Origin: Eledone cirrhosa | Lineage: Eukaryota | Reading direction: 5' to 3' | Assembly: GCA_964016885.1 (NCBI GenBank) | Contig: OZ024740.1 | Span: 189,100,001-189,164,000, forward strand | DNA length: 64,000 nt | Shown: positions 1 to 13,770 of the stretch, piece by piece | How positions within the stretch are numbered: position 1 is the stretch's first letter | Layout of the letters: the number at the start of each line of letters is the position of its first letter | Notes under the pieces: generated by a model | Seen by the model: only the letters and a program-made list of their open reading frames with translations | What the model was told of the DNA's origin: nothing | Database searches by the model: none | Translations under genes and position numbers: made by a program

Positions 1-229
1 TCCATCTCACTAAATAATTACAAGACAAAACTGATAATAAAAATATAACAATAATCAAAAAGTTTTAAAATGTATTTTCTTGCTCCTCATTTATTTAATT
101 TTTTTCTATTAGAACTTAGAAAGTCACGTAAATGAAATGATGCACATATAAGTTTCTGTCATGTGTCATCTAGTGTTTTCTATTCATTCATTCATTTTAT
201 TATTAAAGTTTTACTCATATATGCTCACA

Positions 230-236
<7 letters not shown>

Positions 237-265
<29 letters not shown>

Positions 266-575
266 CACACACACATATACATACACACACACATATATTT
301 TGTCATGTGAGTGCATGCCATTTCTTAACTATTATAATTTCCTCACTACTTCTTTATACAGCAAGGAATCTTGTATATCACTTCTTTAGTTAAGAACCAA
401 TCACACACACACACACACATATATATATATACACACACATATACATACACACACACATATATTTTGTCATGTGAGTGCATGCCATTTCTTAACTATTATA
501 ATTTCCTCACTACTTCTTTATACAGCAAGGAATCTTGTATATCACTTCTTTAGTTAAGAACCAATCACACACACA
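237..575. repeat. Tandem duplication, ~164-bp unit bounded by (CA)n
   Basis: TGTCATGTGAGTGCATGCC...AAGAACCAATCACAC occurs at 301 and again at 465, essentially identical. Confidence 0.9.
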
Positions 576-582
576 CACACAC

Positions 583-661
<79 letters not shown>

Positions 662-663
<2 letters not shown>

Positions 664-843
664 GAAGTGGTTACACAACAGTTAGTTCACCATACTGAGA
701 ACAATTGTTTCACCTTAGCGGATCCTCAGCTCGTAAGGTGAAACAATTGTTCTCGGTATGGTGAACTAACTGTTGTGTAACCACTTCTACCTAACTCGTC
801 ACATGGACTGAGTGCTCTACGACTATGGATATTACCTTCCAGG
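662..843 (-). mobile_element. Fold-back element in (TA)n (56-bp arms 662-717 and 734-789), probable Penelope-like pLTR remnant
   Basis: Inverted repeat with 1 mismatch and a 16-nt loop, (TA)n on both sides, hammerhead-like core across the loop. Confidence 0.7.
690..738 (-). ncRNA. Minimal type-I hammerhead-like motif (variant)
   Basis: Minus strand reads CCTTACGAG-CTGAGGA-TCCGCTAAGGT-GAAA-CAATTG-TT/CTCAGTATGG; palindromic stem III, weak stem II, GUU site. Confidence 0.5.
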
Positions 844-852
844 TTCTACCAC

Positions 853-892
<40 letters not shown>

Positions 893-2399
893 CACACACA
901 TATATATAATAAACACTTGCATGTCTTCATTCATACCCATAGCATATTAAAAAAGAAATGTGTTCATTTATATACTCAATCTTCTCATATTCTTAAGAAA
1001 GGAGTTTTTTTTTAAATTTATATATCAATATTTCATAGTTCAATGCATCAAAAGCATCTTACCCTTGTCTTTTGCTAACTGATACCCACCCTCACCTTCA
1101 ATCACATCTTCATTATGATATGTCATATAAGTCATGTCAAATTAGATTTGTCAGTAGTGTATATGTGAGAGAGGGGAGGATGATATGTTAGCTTTGCCAA
1201 TGTTTTGTGTTATAGTTTGCTTGACCATCCAGAATCTGTGAGTCACTGGTACCACAAACATGGGTACATTTTGCCCCCCACATTGAGTAATAATATTTGT
1301 AACCTTATTCCCTCTATTTCATTCACATATCCCTCCTGCCATGCACTTGTTTTATCCTCTTTACAGCATACTGTATATGGCATGCTGCAGACATTTGACC
1401 ATTTCATAATTTACTGTTGTGGTTCTTTTTGATGTTGTTATTTGTTCCCATTGTTTATGATTCTAATTATATATTTACATTGTAATTATATTTCATTCCT
1501 ATGATTACTTTTGGGGCTTAATTTCTTCGATTGCTTCAAGATCAGTAAAATTATTTGAAGACTATACTCTTGTAAATTTGTGCCCTTGTGTCAATATAAG
1601 TACTTATTGTAGTATTCAATACAATAGTGAACAAGACTAAATATCTCAAACTATTTAGTTTCAACATCTATATTTTGTTAAAATCTTAATTGTGTCACCT
1701 TTAAACTTCATTCACTTGATAGTTCTGCGACTGGAGGCTGATACACTTGACTATAATCCTTCTTATATCTATTCTAGCTTTGTGCTAATCCAAGAACTCA
1801 TTTGTCAAACAAATTTTTTATGGCATTTAGTCATTGTATTATATATTATTATAAGTTCAATTCCTACTGAGGCCTGTCTTGCTTTATATGAAATGAAGTA
1901 CCTGTCAACTATTGGAATTGATTTCATTGATTAACCCCTTTCTCAAATTTGTGATAATTATTATTATTACATAATACATATGTTTGGTCAAATTGCTATC
2001 ATGGCAAAGTGTCAGACAAAATGCCATGCAGTATTGAGAGTAGTATAGTTAATATGAAGTATTGAGATATATGTGATAATTGACTGATAAGTTTCAGAAA
2101 GTTGGTACAATGCATTTTAATAGAGAAATAACACTAAAATTGGTAAAACATTACTTTTGTTTTATTTATCATCCTTTGCTCTTTATATATTTCTACCAAA
2201 TTGTACCAGCTTTCTTAACACTAGCATTTAAACCGGCCATATCCGGCCAAAGTTTTCTCACCTCTCTCTGTTCAAACAGGCTGTAACTTGCTACTCATAC
2301 TGATGTTAATAAATAATATCAAAATATCAGATTTATATTATGTAAGATATTTTTTAAAACTTTACAGTTGATAAAACAATTATCAGTAATAATTTACAG

Positions 2400-2583
2400 C
2401 TCCACACTGTAAATGTGGTTGGTGTTAGGAAAGGCATCCAGCCGTAGAAAACCTGCCAGATAGTTCTATATGAGCGAGACACGGTCACCCGACCAACCTT
2501 GCCTCAAGTGGGACAACTTCCGTCTAACCCATGCTAGTGTGGAAGATAGACATTAAACGAAGATGATGATGAGATGATGATGA
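2400..2583 (+). mobile_element. SINE-like repeat with (GAT)n tail; relatives near 8110, 9725, 15510, 21240-21600, 23945, 25070-25350
   Basis: Recurrent 3' motif AACCCATGCTAGCATGGAARATRGACRTTAAACGATGATGATG. Confidence 0.7.
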
Positions 2584-2906
2584 AGAGTCTGATATGTTTA
2601 TTTGCCATAATGAATGAGATAACATTGTGGGTTCTTGTTCTTCATGCAAAAGTAAATGAAATAGAGAATATGTTGTTGTTATAGTCACAAGCTTGCAAAG
2701 CTGATCACTACTAGTACTATATCAGGGTTAAATGCATCAACTAAATCCTTCACTACTACAAAAGTTGTCATGGTACATTGTTGGAAAAACAATTACTTAC
2801 TTAATTATGTCTTATTCTTTTATCATTATTGCTATTATTTTTGTTTGGGCTATTTATTGATGTTATTGCATTTTCTAACTGATTATTTATACTCACATTA
2901 TTATTG

Positions 2907-3260
2907 TTCTTTGAGTCTCAGTCATTGATTTTATTTAGCTGGAAAGTATGTTGAAATGAATATCAAGCCGCTATCTGCAGCCTCAGATATTCAGGACGTA
3001 TCAGAGGGTTCTTGCTGTTCCCAGCAAGCATGTTTTTGAAGTGTTCCAAAAAGCGGGGCTGGACTAATCTTCTTTAACCATCCTTGGAAACTTTTTGAGA
3101 TAGTACCTAGTGCGCTTATGACAATCGGGACGACCTTGACTTCATGGCAGTTCCAAATCCTTTTTACCTCCCACTTTAAGTCCTGGTATCGGTTAATTTT
3201 CTCCCTCTCCTTTTCTTGCACTCTCGTGTCAAATGGGCAGGCTTCATCTACAATCAGGCA
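2907..3260 (-). mobile_element. R4/Dong-like non-LTR retrotransposon 3' fragment (RLE domain), copy A
   Basis: ACPFDTRVQEKEREKINRYQDLKWEVKRIW..VVPIVISALG..LQK; flanked by (TTA)n. Confidence 0.8.
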
Positions 3261-3278
3261 TTATTATTATTATTATAA

Positions 3279-3465
3279 GGGCGGTGGATTGGCAGTATCA
3301 GTAGATGGTCGGACACCATGCTTTGCAGCAAAGAGTTACGGCCCTTTATGATCTGAGTTCAAATCCCGCCGAGGTTAACTTTGCCTTTCATCCTTACGAG
3401 GTCGATAAAATAAAGTACCAGTAATGTACTGGGTATTTGCTGGCCTTGTGCCAAAAGTAGAAACA

Positions 3466-3468
<3 letters not shown>
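3279..3468 (+). mobile_element. tRNA-derived SINE, family 1 (OR/Meta-domain-like)
   Basis: A-box TGGCAGTATCAG, B-box GTTCAAATCC, body TTTGCCTTTCATCCTTACGRGGTCGATAAAATAAAGTACCAG. Confidence 0.9.
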
Positions 3469-3498
<30 letters not shown>

Positions 3499-3505
3499 GT
3501 TATTA

Positions 3506-3861
3506 CTCTTTGAGTCTCAGTCATTGATGTTAGTTAACTGGAAAAGTTTGTTGAAATGAATATCAAGCCACTACCTGCAGCCTCAGATATTCAGGACGTA
3601 TCGGAGGGTTATTGCTATTCCCAGCAAGCATGCCTTTTGAAGTGTTCCAAAAAGCGGGGTGGGGCCAATTTTCTTTAACCAACCCTGGAAACTCCTTGAG
3701 ATAGTACCTAGTGAGCCTATGACAATCGGGACCACTTTGACCTAATGGCAGTTCCAAATCCTTTTTACCTCCCACTTTAAGTCCTGGTATCGGTTAATTT
3801 TCTCCCTCTCCTTCTCTTGCACTCTCGTGTCAAATGGGCAGGCCACATCCACAATCAGGCA
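3506..3861 (-). mobile_element. R4/Dong-like 3' fragment, copy B
   Basis: Roughly 90% identical to 2907-3260 with the same end points, flanked by (TTA)n. Confidence 0.8.
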
Positions 3862-4758
3862 TTATTATTATTATTATTAATTAACTTATTTATTTGTATG
3901 GAGAGTTGTGGATTAGCAGAATTGTTAATGCATTGGACAAACTACATTCTGGTATTTAGTTATGGCTCTCAATAAAATGAGTACCAGTAAAGTACTGGGG
4001 TCAATATATTTGACCTTTTCTTCTAGAAATAATTATTATTACAATTATTGTGACCAGTAAATAGTACCAGCAATGGAAACATCGTTTCCTTGGTTCTATT
4101 TTACAAGTTCCACACTACTCACTACATGAATGAGGTCTGGATCTTGATGATCAATTAGATTGAATGATCGGTATTATAATCATGAATTCATTAAAAACAG
4201 TCCTTATCTATGTTGTTATAGTCACAACATTTGACCCATGGTTCATTGTTACCATTCTTGGAATTTCAAACTACCTTTTATTCAGACAATGGAGGTAGAT
4301 TGTCCATGCTTCAGGGCAGTTTATTGACAGAATCATTGGTGCATCAAACAAAATGCTTTACAGCATTTAATTAGGGTTCTTTACATTCTAAGTTCAAATC
4401 TGGCCAAGGTCAACTTTAGCTTTATTCCTTCTGAGGTCAATAAAATAAAGTACCACTCAGTTATGAAGTCAATATAATTAGCTTCCTGCTCCTCTTGAAA
4501 TTGTCCCTAAATTACAAACCCCTATATTGTTCATGCCTGGGATATTCTTGGATTAGTTATTCTTAAGAATAACTAACGTCTTGCAGGCAATAGATTAAGA
4601 GTCTTCCACTGAGGTTTGAATAAATTGTATGATTTGAAATTTTGAGAACATTACTGAATATAATAGGTATCTGAAGGTGTTCAGAGGATACAGCAGCCAA
4701 AGGATTGTGAATATAACAACCAAGGTGAAAATACATTCTGAATGATTCAGTTTATAAT

Positions 4759-4948
4759 AATTGTTTCTATTTTTGGCACAAGGCCAGCAATTATTCCGTG
4801 CGTTACTGGTACTTTATTTTATCGACCCCGTAAGGATGAAAGGCAAAGTAAACTTTGGCGGAATTTGAACTTGGACCGTAAAGGGACGTAACTCTATGCT
4901 GCAAAGCATGGTGTCTGACCTTCTACCGATACTGCCAATTCACCGCCC
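4759..4948 (-). mobile_element. SINE family 1 with ~17-bp target-site duplication
   Basis: Reverse complement of the 3279 copy; ATTCAGTTTATAATAAT at 4745 and 4950. Confidence 0.9.
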
Positions 4949-5038
4949 TATTCAGTTTATAATAATGAACATTTCTCATCTCAGAAATTCAGATAAAAAT
5001 GATAGTTATTTTGTTGTTCATATTATTATGCTGCTGCC

Positions 5039-5094
5039 GCCACCACCACCACCACCACCACCACCACCACCACCACCACTACTACTACTACTAC
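5039..5094. repeat. (CCA)n(CTA)n microsatellite
   Basis: Direct reading. Confidence 0.95.
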
Positions 5095-5351
5095 TGTTAC
5101 TACATGTTTTGTTATTCATGAAAAACAAACAACAAAAGGCAACAGAAAAAAATTAAATTTAAATATTGAAATAGGTTCTTTCATAGTTAATTACATTTGC
5201 GTGTGTGTGTGTGTGTATATATAAAATTTATATTGGTAATCTATTTAAAAATAACTATAGCCTGAAATAAAGATTTTTCTCAGTTTCTTCCTTTAAAATT
5301 TTCTAATTTCATATAACCTTGCCCTATTTTCTTTTTTTGCATGTTTGGGCA

Positions 5352-5394
<43 letters not shown>

Positions 5395-5914
5395 CATTAT
5401 TATTTATTTAATTTAATTTTTTGATGTTGTGGATCATATTTGTCAAATTTGGACCACAGGTTTGGAATTTTCAGTTCAAAATATATATTTTCATCATAAG
5501 AAACTTTCTCTTCATGTTTAATGCATTAGTCTTCAACTGTACAACATTTCCAAAGAAGAAATTGCATTGTATGAAGTTGTATATTGAATCTTGTTTTCTC
5601 TCTTTTGAAAATTTTAACTCTAAACATGAAGCTGGAGTAGAGAAATTCTGTTATTGACATGTCTGTTTATATTTCTTGATTTTTTCCTCCCATTTTCACA
5701 ATATTGAAATTCTACACTGTTGAGATGAGAAATATAAGTATAAGGAATATATATATAGAAAACTTGTTGCAGGAATATGTTACAATACTGATAAAATATC
5801 TTTTAGCATGTACTGTCAAGTATAAGTTGTCTGTATTTATTGATGTAGATGACATATTTCAGATGTGTCCTTACGAATATATATATATATTTATATATAT
5901 ATATATACATAAGG

Positions 5915-5957
<43 letters not shown>

Positions 5958-6814
5958 TTTAATATCAGGGGATTTGTCACATTATTAGTATATCAGAAAA
6001 AAATGATCTGTGGTATTTGTTGTTGCACCTTCTATATGTTCAAATCCCACAAAGATCATCCTTTCACTGTAAATAAATAACATGCCATTCCAGGACAGAA
6101 GGTTGACAGGATTGTTAGATTGTCAGACAAGATGCTCTTTACAGACTGAGATCGAATTCTTCCCCTTACCAAAGATGAAAATCTTCTTAATATTTACATG
6201 TACACAACATTTTGATCATTATGATTGTCATTTTTTGTATTCATGTATGTGACATAATACCAGATTGAATTTGAACTAAGATCCTTTATTTCTAAACTAA
6301 ATATAATAATGTTCATATCTATTAGGCAATGTACTGTCACAGATACCAACAGTTGCTTTGTTACATTATTTATATTTATCTTTTAGTTATTTCAGCTTTA
6401 TTGAGCAGATGTCAGCACAAGTCTTACTAATTGTGCTTTCAGCAAGTCTTATATGTACTATTTCTTTGATATTTCTCAATTTACCTTGTCCCTCTCTCTC
6501 AATTATGGAAATGCCATATCATAGTATCTGTTTTCATTTCCTACACCTTATATGTTCAGCCATTCCTGACATACTTATTATTTTCATCAGCTCTTTATTA
6601 AGCAATTTCTCAGTCTAGTATTTATATAATAATGTTGATGGATGCACGTTAGATAAAATGGTAGATTTTTAGGCTAAATGCCTATTATCAATTTATGTTC
6701 TTTTTTGGAAAGCAACATGAGATAACTTCTTTAATCCCTTTTGGGTTAATCAGTTATATATATACATACAACCTTTATCAAGTCCTCTCTGGATTTTGGT
6801 CTTTGTATTTATCA

Positions 6815-7000
6815 GTGGATTGGCAGTATCGGTAGAGGGTTGGACACCATGCTTTGCAGCAAAGAGATACGGCCCTTTATGGTCTGAGTTCAAATTTCAC
6901 CGAGGTTAACTTTGCCTTTCATCCTTACGGGGTCGATAAAATAAAGCACCAGTAATACACTGGGATAATTGCTGGCCTTGTGCCAAAAGTAGAAACAATT
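6815..7000 (+). mobile_element. SINE family 1
   Basis: Near-identical to 3279-3468. Confidence 0.9.
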
Positions 7001-10000
7001 ATTGCTACTACTACTATATATATATATATATATAGTTAATCAAGGCTACTCTTATTTCCTACTGAAATGTCATTTCCCATTGAAATGTCTCTTATATCAA
7101 GTTAAAAGAAATACATTTTTTAAACATGATTGTTAATAAGAACTTCACCTATTGATCAATATCTTCTTTTTCATGAAATATAATATATCTTTTGTTTTCT
7201 TGTACATAAGATGCAACCAATTTGTTTTGATCTCTCACCAAAATCTAATGCCAGGAATAAGAATTACAAATATTTTCTGGGCCTTAACAAGATCATGTTC
7301 TAATCAAATTTGTCATTCCTGTTAAGATATTTGTTTGATCTCTCATTCCTATGCTCATACTTTTAGATATGAATACTTTGTCTGTAATTTTGCCATCAAT
7401 AAGCTGATAGATATTAGATGCTATATAATATGTCTAATTGTCTCTGGAAATATCACAGTTTAGTACTGCTGAGATTCTTTGCTAATGAGATAAATATCTT
7501 AAGAAATCCATCTAATTTTCAGCCAACTTTATTTTCAGAATCTGTCTGGAGTAAGATTAACTGCTAATGAGATGCATTTCTGTTTCAGAAAGACATCTAA
7601 CTATTGACAAGTTTTAATATGTTTCTATCTATAAATCGAACAAGCTAAAATGGTATAGAAATCACTCGAGTCAGCCAATTGAGACAAGTTGAAAAAAGCT
7701 TTGACATCCGCTACACCATCTCTTCTATTTCAATTACTAGAACACACCTTATATAACCACATCATTTATCATAAAATCAAATTGCAAAATAGTTGTTTAG
7801 AAACACTGTCCATTTTTCGCTTAATCAAGATATATGGTAGAGATTGAACTAATCAAATGCTGAGAAGAGACTCGAGATATGAAGAAAAAATATATTTAAA
7901 TTGATAAGCCTTCAGTTAAAAACACTGAAGCTATTTTGTGTTTAAGAAGTTATACTTTTTTTGGTGTAACTGAGTTCATATAACTGTTACATTAGATAGA
8001 CAGTCATCTTATTCAGACAGAAATTTATCGTTCACATGTTTTCTGTGAAAGCTAAAATTTTAATTCTCAATATCTTAAAATGAGAGTTTAACCAATATTT
8101 AAAAAGATACATGGTAGCGTGGAAGATGGATGTTAAACAAAGATGATGATGATGATGATACGACATTCAACAATGTAACTTTCTTTGAACTATATCACAT
8201 CATTATTAATACAGCAATTGTGGACATCCTGATGTCATTGCAGATACTTAACAGGTTGCATTTGATTAAAAATTGAATCAATGAAGTTGGTATCCATTTT
8301 AACATGGATGTTTAACCCCAAGTCATTTGTACACATATTTGATCAAAAAAATTCTAGCCATGCCCATCTTGTCTTATTTCCAGACTATATTATACAATGG
8401 GTCATTTTTAAGACTATAGGTTGTAATTTGAGGGTCACTAGGCTGCTATTTCTAGCAGATTGACTGACCACATGGAGGTGATGTGTCACAGGCTCATAGA
8501 AAAGAAATATATATATTGGTAAATTGTCTGGCTTATTACATCAATCAATTTGAACAACTATGTAAACATCATTTTACTGGTTTGTTGCAAACTAATTTTC
8601 TAGTTAAGTATATTTTCTAATTGTGTATATTAAAACATTGAATAAAATAGAAACCTAAAGACATGATTCAATGATAATGAAAGATTTGGATTGATGATCC
8701 TGGCAACTTTACCACTCAACTATATCAATAACAAAATAAATAAAAGAAAGAAAAAAATGTATAATAAAAGTTGTTGAATCTATTGGCATGAAATATAATG
8801 CAATATCAGAGAAGAATCAAAATGGAAATCCCAATTGAATTAATGTATTCAAATATTCAAATGAGCTTTGCTTAAATCTCTGCTATTAATTTTCACATCA
8901 AGTTTCTGTCCTTCACTCTTGTGAGGTAAATGCCTGATTCTTAAGTCCGATACATCATTGTTTTAGACAATTATTCAGTGCTATGTCACGAATCAGTGAG
9001 CTTGTTATCCTGTCACTTTAGAGACACAAGTCAATTAGAAGAGCAATTAGGTTTTTCATGAAAATAGCTATGATGTGTTTATGCTGGTTGGTGAATGTGG
9101 ATGGAGTTTTAGTTAGTAGTTTTATGATTGAGTGGAGAAACAGAGGATATTATTTGTCATGAGCCAGCAAATTTCTACTAAATTCTTGCTTTAAAACAAA
9201 GACTGTCTGATCAATATCATTAGAAAATCAATGATAACATTGATGGATTTTATAATTGGAAATTTCTGATTCAAAGCCATTTGCTATCAATTTAGGTGCA
9301 AAGAGCTTCCTATTTCTTCCAATCTTTCCCAGTCTACTTTAATATTTTAATGTAGTTTTATTTGCATTATTTTTACTGTTTTTTATTCCTTAGATAGCTA
9401 CACTGATATAATATAAGATCACAATTTCTCATTTATAAATTTCATCATTCTATCTAATGCTCACATTCTCTTCATGCAGAAATTCACATACACGGACATA
9501 TAAGTACACAAGAATATTTATTTGTATATTTAAACACAAAATTATGCTTCTTACTTTGATATATATATATATATATATTTATATGAACATATATATATAA
9601 ATATATTTATATGAACATATATATATATATTTATATGAACATATATATATATATATAAATATATTCACACACACTATTAACTATCTAGTGCTCTGATATA
9701 TACATATATACATATATGTTTAGTGTAGGAGCAAGACACGGTCACCTGAACTAACTCGCCTCAAATGGGACAGCTTATCTACCCAATGGTAGAGTGGAAA
9801 AATGGACGTTAAACAGTGATGATGATGATAATGTTATATAGTAGTTCAAAACACACACACAGTTGTTTCCATACAAAAACCTGTATTAATATCATTGCAT
9901 AAACCTTGGTTATGATTTTTCGTGTATGTTAGAGACAAAGGGATTCATTCTGCATATATATATAACTGAGGATTGTTTTAAAATTGGTCTTATGTGTTTT

Positions 10001-10099
10001 CCCATATTTGTTAATAGGCAAAGTCAAAACTTACTCATTAATGATCAGCCACTTCTGAATATTGACCACTTGAATATAATAAAAATATAAAAGTGAACA

Positions 10100-10270
10100 C
10101 TTAGGGGTTAAGGAGTTGGATTCACAATCATGAGGTTGTGAGTTCAATTCCCAGGCTAAGCAATGCGTTGTGTCCTTGAGCAAGATGTTTTATTTCAAGT
10201 TTCTCCTTCTGCTTGGAAAAACCAATGGAAACATTTTTCCTTAGTTTGATCTGATGAGTTACACCTCACT
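10100..10270 (+). mobile_element. tRNA-derived SINE family 2 (CORE-like), degraded
   Basis: GAGTTCAATTCC..TTGTGTCCTTGAGCAAGA; homologous to 61462. Confidence 0.7.
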
Positions 10271-10546
10271 TGGTAAAGGAATGAGGTTTGACATCTTGTT
10301 GATTCAGATCAATAAATAAATATAGTAAAACTATCAGAGATGCTATAACACAGAGGCGAAAGACTTCATCAAACAGCAGCTGTTGTCATCTGTCTAGTGG
10401 CAACCCAGGCAACATATACACAAACTTACACACATAAATATGCACTTAAATAAATAGATATCCTCTCATACATCAGCACCACCATATCTTTGTTGCATGT
10501 TGTGTGTGTACATGCATACACATACATATTATGTATACATGTATGT

Positions 10547-10594
<48 letters not shown>

Positions 10595-11408
10595 TATATA
10601 AACAGATGTTAAAGGATGATGATGATGATATATACATATGTATAAATAGTTATATATTTTCACTTCTCTGGAAATTGCAGTTACATGAAGTTCAAGTAGT
10701 GAGGAAGAATAAAAAATTAGTTTATATGAAACATATATTCTACAACATGCATTCATTCACAATATTTGAACATATGTATCTCATCATCATCATAATTGTA
10801 AATCCATTTTCTATATACATATATAGAAGAGAGTAAGACAAGGAGAGAAAAATAAAACAATATATAGACGTGTGTTATGTATATATATATACAAAAACAC
10901 GTATACAAGATGCTTTATTTGCCCTTCCTAATATAATTTCTGTATGCTAAAAAAAATTAATGTATAATCATGCCTACACAAACACAAATAAATTTCATGA
11001 ACATATGTGTGGGTACACTTTTAATGACAATATATTTATATACTCTATTGACTCAAATTACTATTCAGATGTCTGCAAAGATGATAATAATGGTTTTTAT
11101 ATCCACATATATCCAATACTTTTATAATTTAATGGGGTACTCAGAATATGGTTAACTTGGTTTTATATATATTTTTATTACATTTTTTTTTCCTGTATTC
11201 TTATGTTATATTCATTTCCAGTAATTTATTTATTTGAATGAATTCCCTTTATTATTTAATATGATAATATGTGTGTATGTGTGAGCACACATGTGGTTTT
11301 ATATATAAATGTCTGTGTGAGCATATATATATGTGTGTGTGTGTATTTATATATATATAATATACATATTTTATATATAAATGTGCGTGTATGTATATAT
11401 ATATATAT

Positions 11409-11595
11409 AATTGTTTCTACTTTTGGCACAAGGCCAGCAATTGCCCAGTGCGTTACTGGTACTTTATTTTATCGACCCCGTAAGGATGAAAGGCAAAGTT
11501 AACCTCGACGGGATTTGAAGTCAGACCGTAAAGGGACGTAACTATGCTGGAAAGCATGGCGTCCGACCTTTTACCGATACTGCCAAATCACCGCC
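11409..11595 (-). mobile_element. SINE family 1
   Basis: Full-length reverse-complement copy. Confidence 0.9.
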
Positions 11596-11624
11596 ATATA
11601 TAATATACATATTTTATATATAAA

Positions 11625-11663
<39 letters not shown>

Positions 11664-11751
11664 GTAGGAGGTGAGTTTTATTGTAGCACAATAAAGCAAT
11701 ACAAATATCGGATAAGTAGCACTCTACAGTTTGTAGGACTGGAGTATAAAT

Positions 11752-11936
11752 AATTGTTTCTACTTTTGGCACAAGGCCAGCAATTACCCAGTGCATTACT
11801 GGTACTTTATTTTATCGACCCCGTAAGGATGAAAGGCAAAGTCAACCTCGGCAGGATTTGAACTCAGATCGTAAAGGGACGTAACTATGCTGGAAAGCAT
11901 GGCGTCCGACCCTCTACTGATACTGCCAATCCACCG
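11752..11936 (-). mobile_element. SINE family 1
   Basis: Full-length reverse-complement copy. Confidence 0.9.
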
Positions 11937-11942
11937 TATAAA

Positions 11943-12187
11943 TAATATAAGATCAAAAGATGGTTAAAAGAGTTCCAAGTATTTTATTATGTGCATTTCA
12001 AAAACAAATATCATCATGGGATGATATCTGCGTTCTCATCAGATAAAATAGGGAGACATGATATGAAGCTTAAAAAACACTTGTGAGCAGTGAAGTTTTG
12101 AGAACGCAGATATCATCCCATGATGATATTTGTTTTTGAAATGCGCATAATAAAATACTTGGAACTCTTTTAACCATCTTTTGATCT

Positions 12188-12194
<7 letters not shown>
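11943..12194 (-). mobile_element. Fold-back element (~96-bp arms, 60-bp spacer) next to (TA)n; Penelope-like pLTR remnant
   Basis: 11943-12038 is the reverse complement of 12099-12194 with 1 mismatch. Confidence 0.8.
11980..12050 (-). ncRNA. Type-I hammerhead ribozyme
   Basis: TATTTTAT-CTGATGA-GAACGCAGATATCATC ccat GATGATATTTGTTTTT-GAAA-TGCACA-TA/ATAAAATA; perfect 8-bp stem I and long stem II. Confidence 0.8.
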
Positions 12195-12246
<52 letters not shown>

Positions 12247-13354
12247 CACACATACATATATATATTTCTTTTCTCATAAACAAATACTATCTTTAAGTGT
12301 TAGTTCTAAATGTTGTTCCAATTGAAATTTAATACAAGCACATTTTTGTAAATGATTATAAACCTCTTTGAGTAGCTCTAATATATATACGAACAATGTT
12401 TATTAATTGTTCAAGTGTATATATTATGTTTTCCTGACAAATACATCACTGTAGTTTATTTTGGATTTATTGCATTCAAACTAAGGTGTTTGTGAACATT
12501 AGACACTGTGGTATATTCTGTTACTTTGATAATAATTGGTTCAAACTTTAGCAGCACAGAGCAAGATTATTTGTATGTACAGAAATGAAAAAAATGAAGC
12601 ACTCAATACAGTACATTGAGTTTATTTTGATAACTATGAAAGCTCTTTTCATAACCGATCCTGTGTCTTCAGTGAATGAAGTTTTAGTTGTTTGGTCACT
12701 GTTAAACTTCTATACTTTTGCAAAACACCTGCTGACTTTAGACTAACTGATTTTAACAATTTCAACTTTGTTGTGGTTGATAGTAGAAATAACTACAATA
12801 GTTGATAATTTTCAAAGTTTGATATAGCTTTAAACAAAACAGATGTATGTTGGGATTATCATGCTCTGGCTTGCAGCTTTAACTGATTTTCCAAACAGTT
12901 CTTAGAAAGAAAACTTTAATTGTAATTATCCTACACAATAGTGATATAGAGATATAATAAAATCCAATAAAAATAATAATGATGGCTCTATGTTGTTGAC
13001 TTTCTGCAACAATTCTTATTTATGTCTACTGCGCATTATTACTGCTCTATAGAATATGATTTGGAAGAGATCTCAAAAGAATAATAATTTGAACAGTCTT
13101 TGATTTAGACTTTTATAGCATTGCTGATAAATAATACAATTCATAACAGATTTATATAATAACAAAAGACATCTGTTTAATGAGAAGAAAAATAATGAAG
13201 TATGACACAATGATATGGGTTACGTTTATTTGTTAAAATTGTACAGCTTAGTGTTTTTGAATTTAAACATGAAAAGATTAAACGACAGCATTCACATGCA
13301 GGTGCTTGTGTACATCCACCTACGCAAACATTCACACTCATATATATACTGTTT

Positions 13355-13770
13355 TAATTTTTTACCTGGTCCAGCCATCTGGCCGAGGCCATGTGTGGCA
13401 CTGCCCTTGTTGCTACACGTTCTATATCCAGCCTGCATTGGCTGGTCATTGATGTAGGAGGGAGTTTGTTGTTGCTGCTCTTAGGGTACCTCCGTTCCAT
13501 GCTGCGGGTTCATCGGGGATCCTGGAAAGCAGTGTGTCGAGATGCTTCTTGAAAACATCTATGTCCACACCATGCAGTTCTCTCAATTTTCTTGGCAGCT
13601 TATTAAAAAGTTGAGGGCCTTTGAACACTGGACTATTGTAATATCTGCTCCTTACTCTAGATATGAAAGACGGGACCTTTGGCACCACACAGTGACGTCC
13701 TGTTCGAGGGTTGGTCTGGCTCTCAATGCCAAAGTTTGGTGCTAGACCTTCTAGGATCTTCCATATATAG
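13355..13770 (-). mobile_element. CR1-like LINE 3' fragment
   Basis: GPQLFNKLP..FKKHLDTLLSRIPDEP..AATTNSLLHQ, homologous to the 3' end of the LINE at 50.4-50.8 kb. Confidence 0.8.

Noticed and set aside
3279-3370. tRNA genes
   Set aside because: A and B boxes belong to SINE heads; no complete cloverleaf
4896-5156. Proline/leucine-rich ORF
   Set aside because: SINE antisense sequence plus (CCA)n(CTA)n microsatellite
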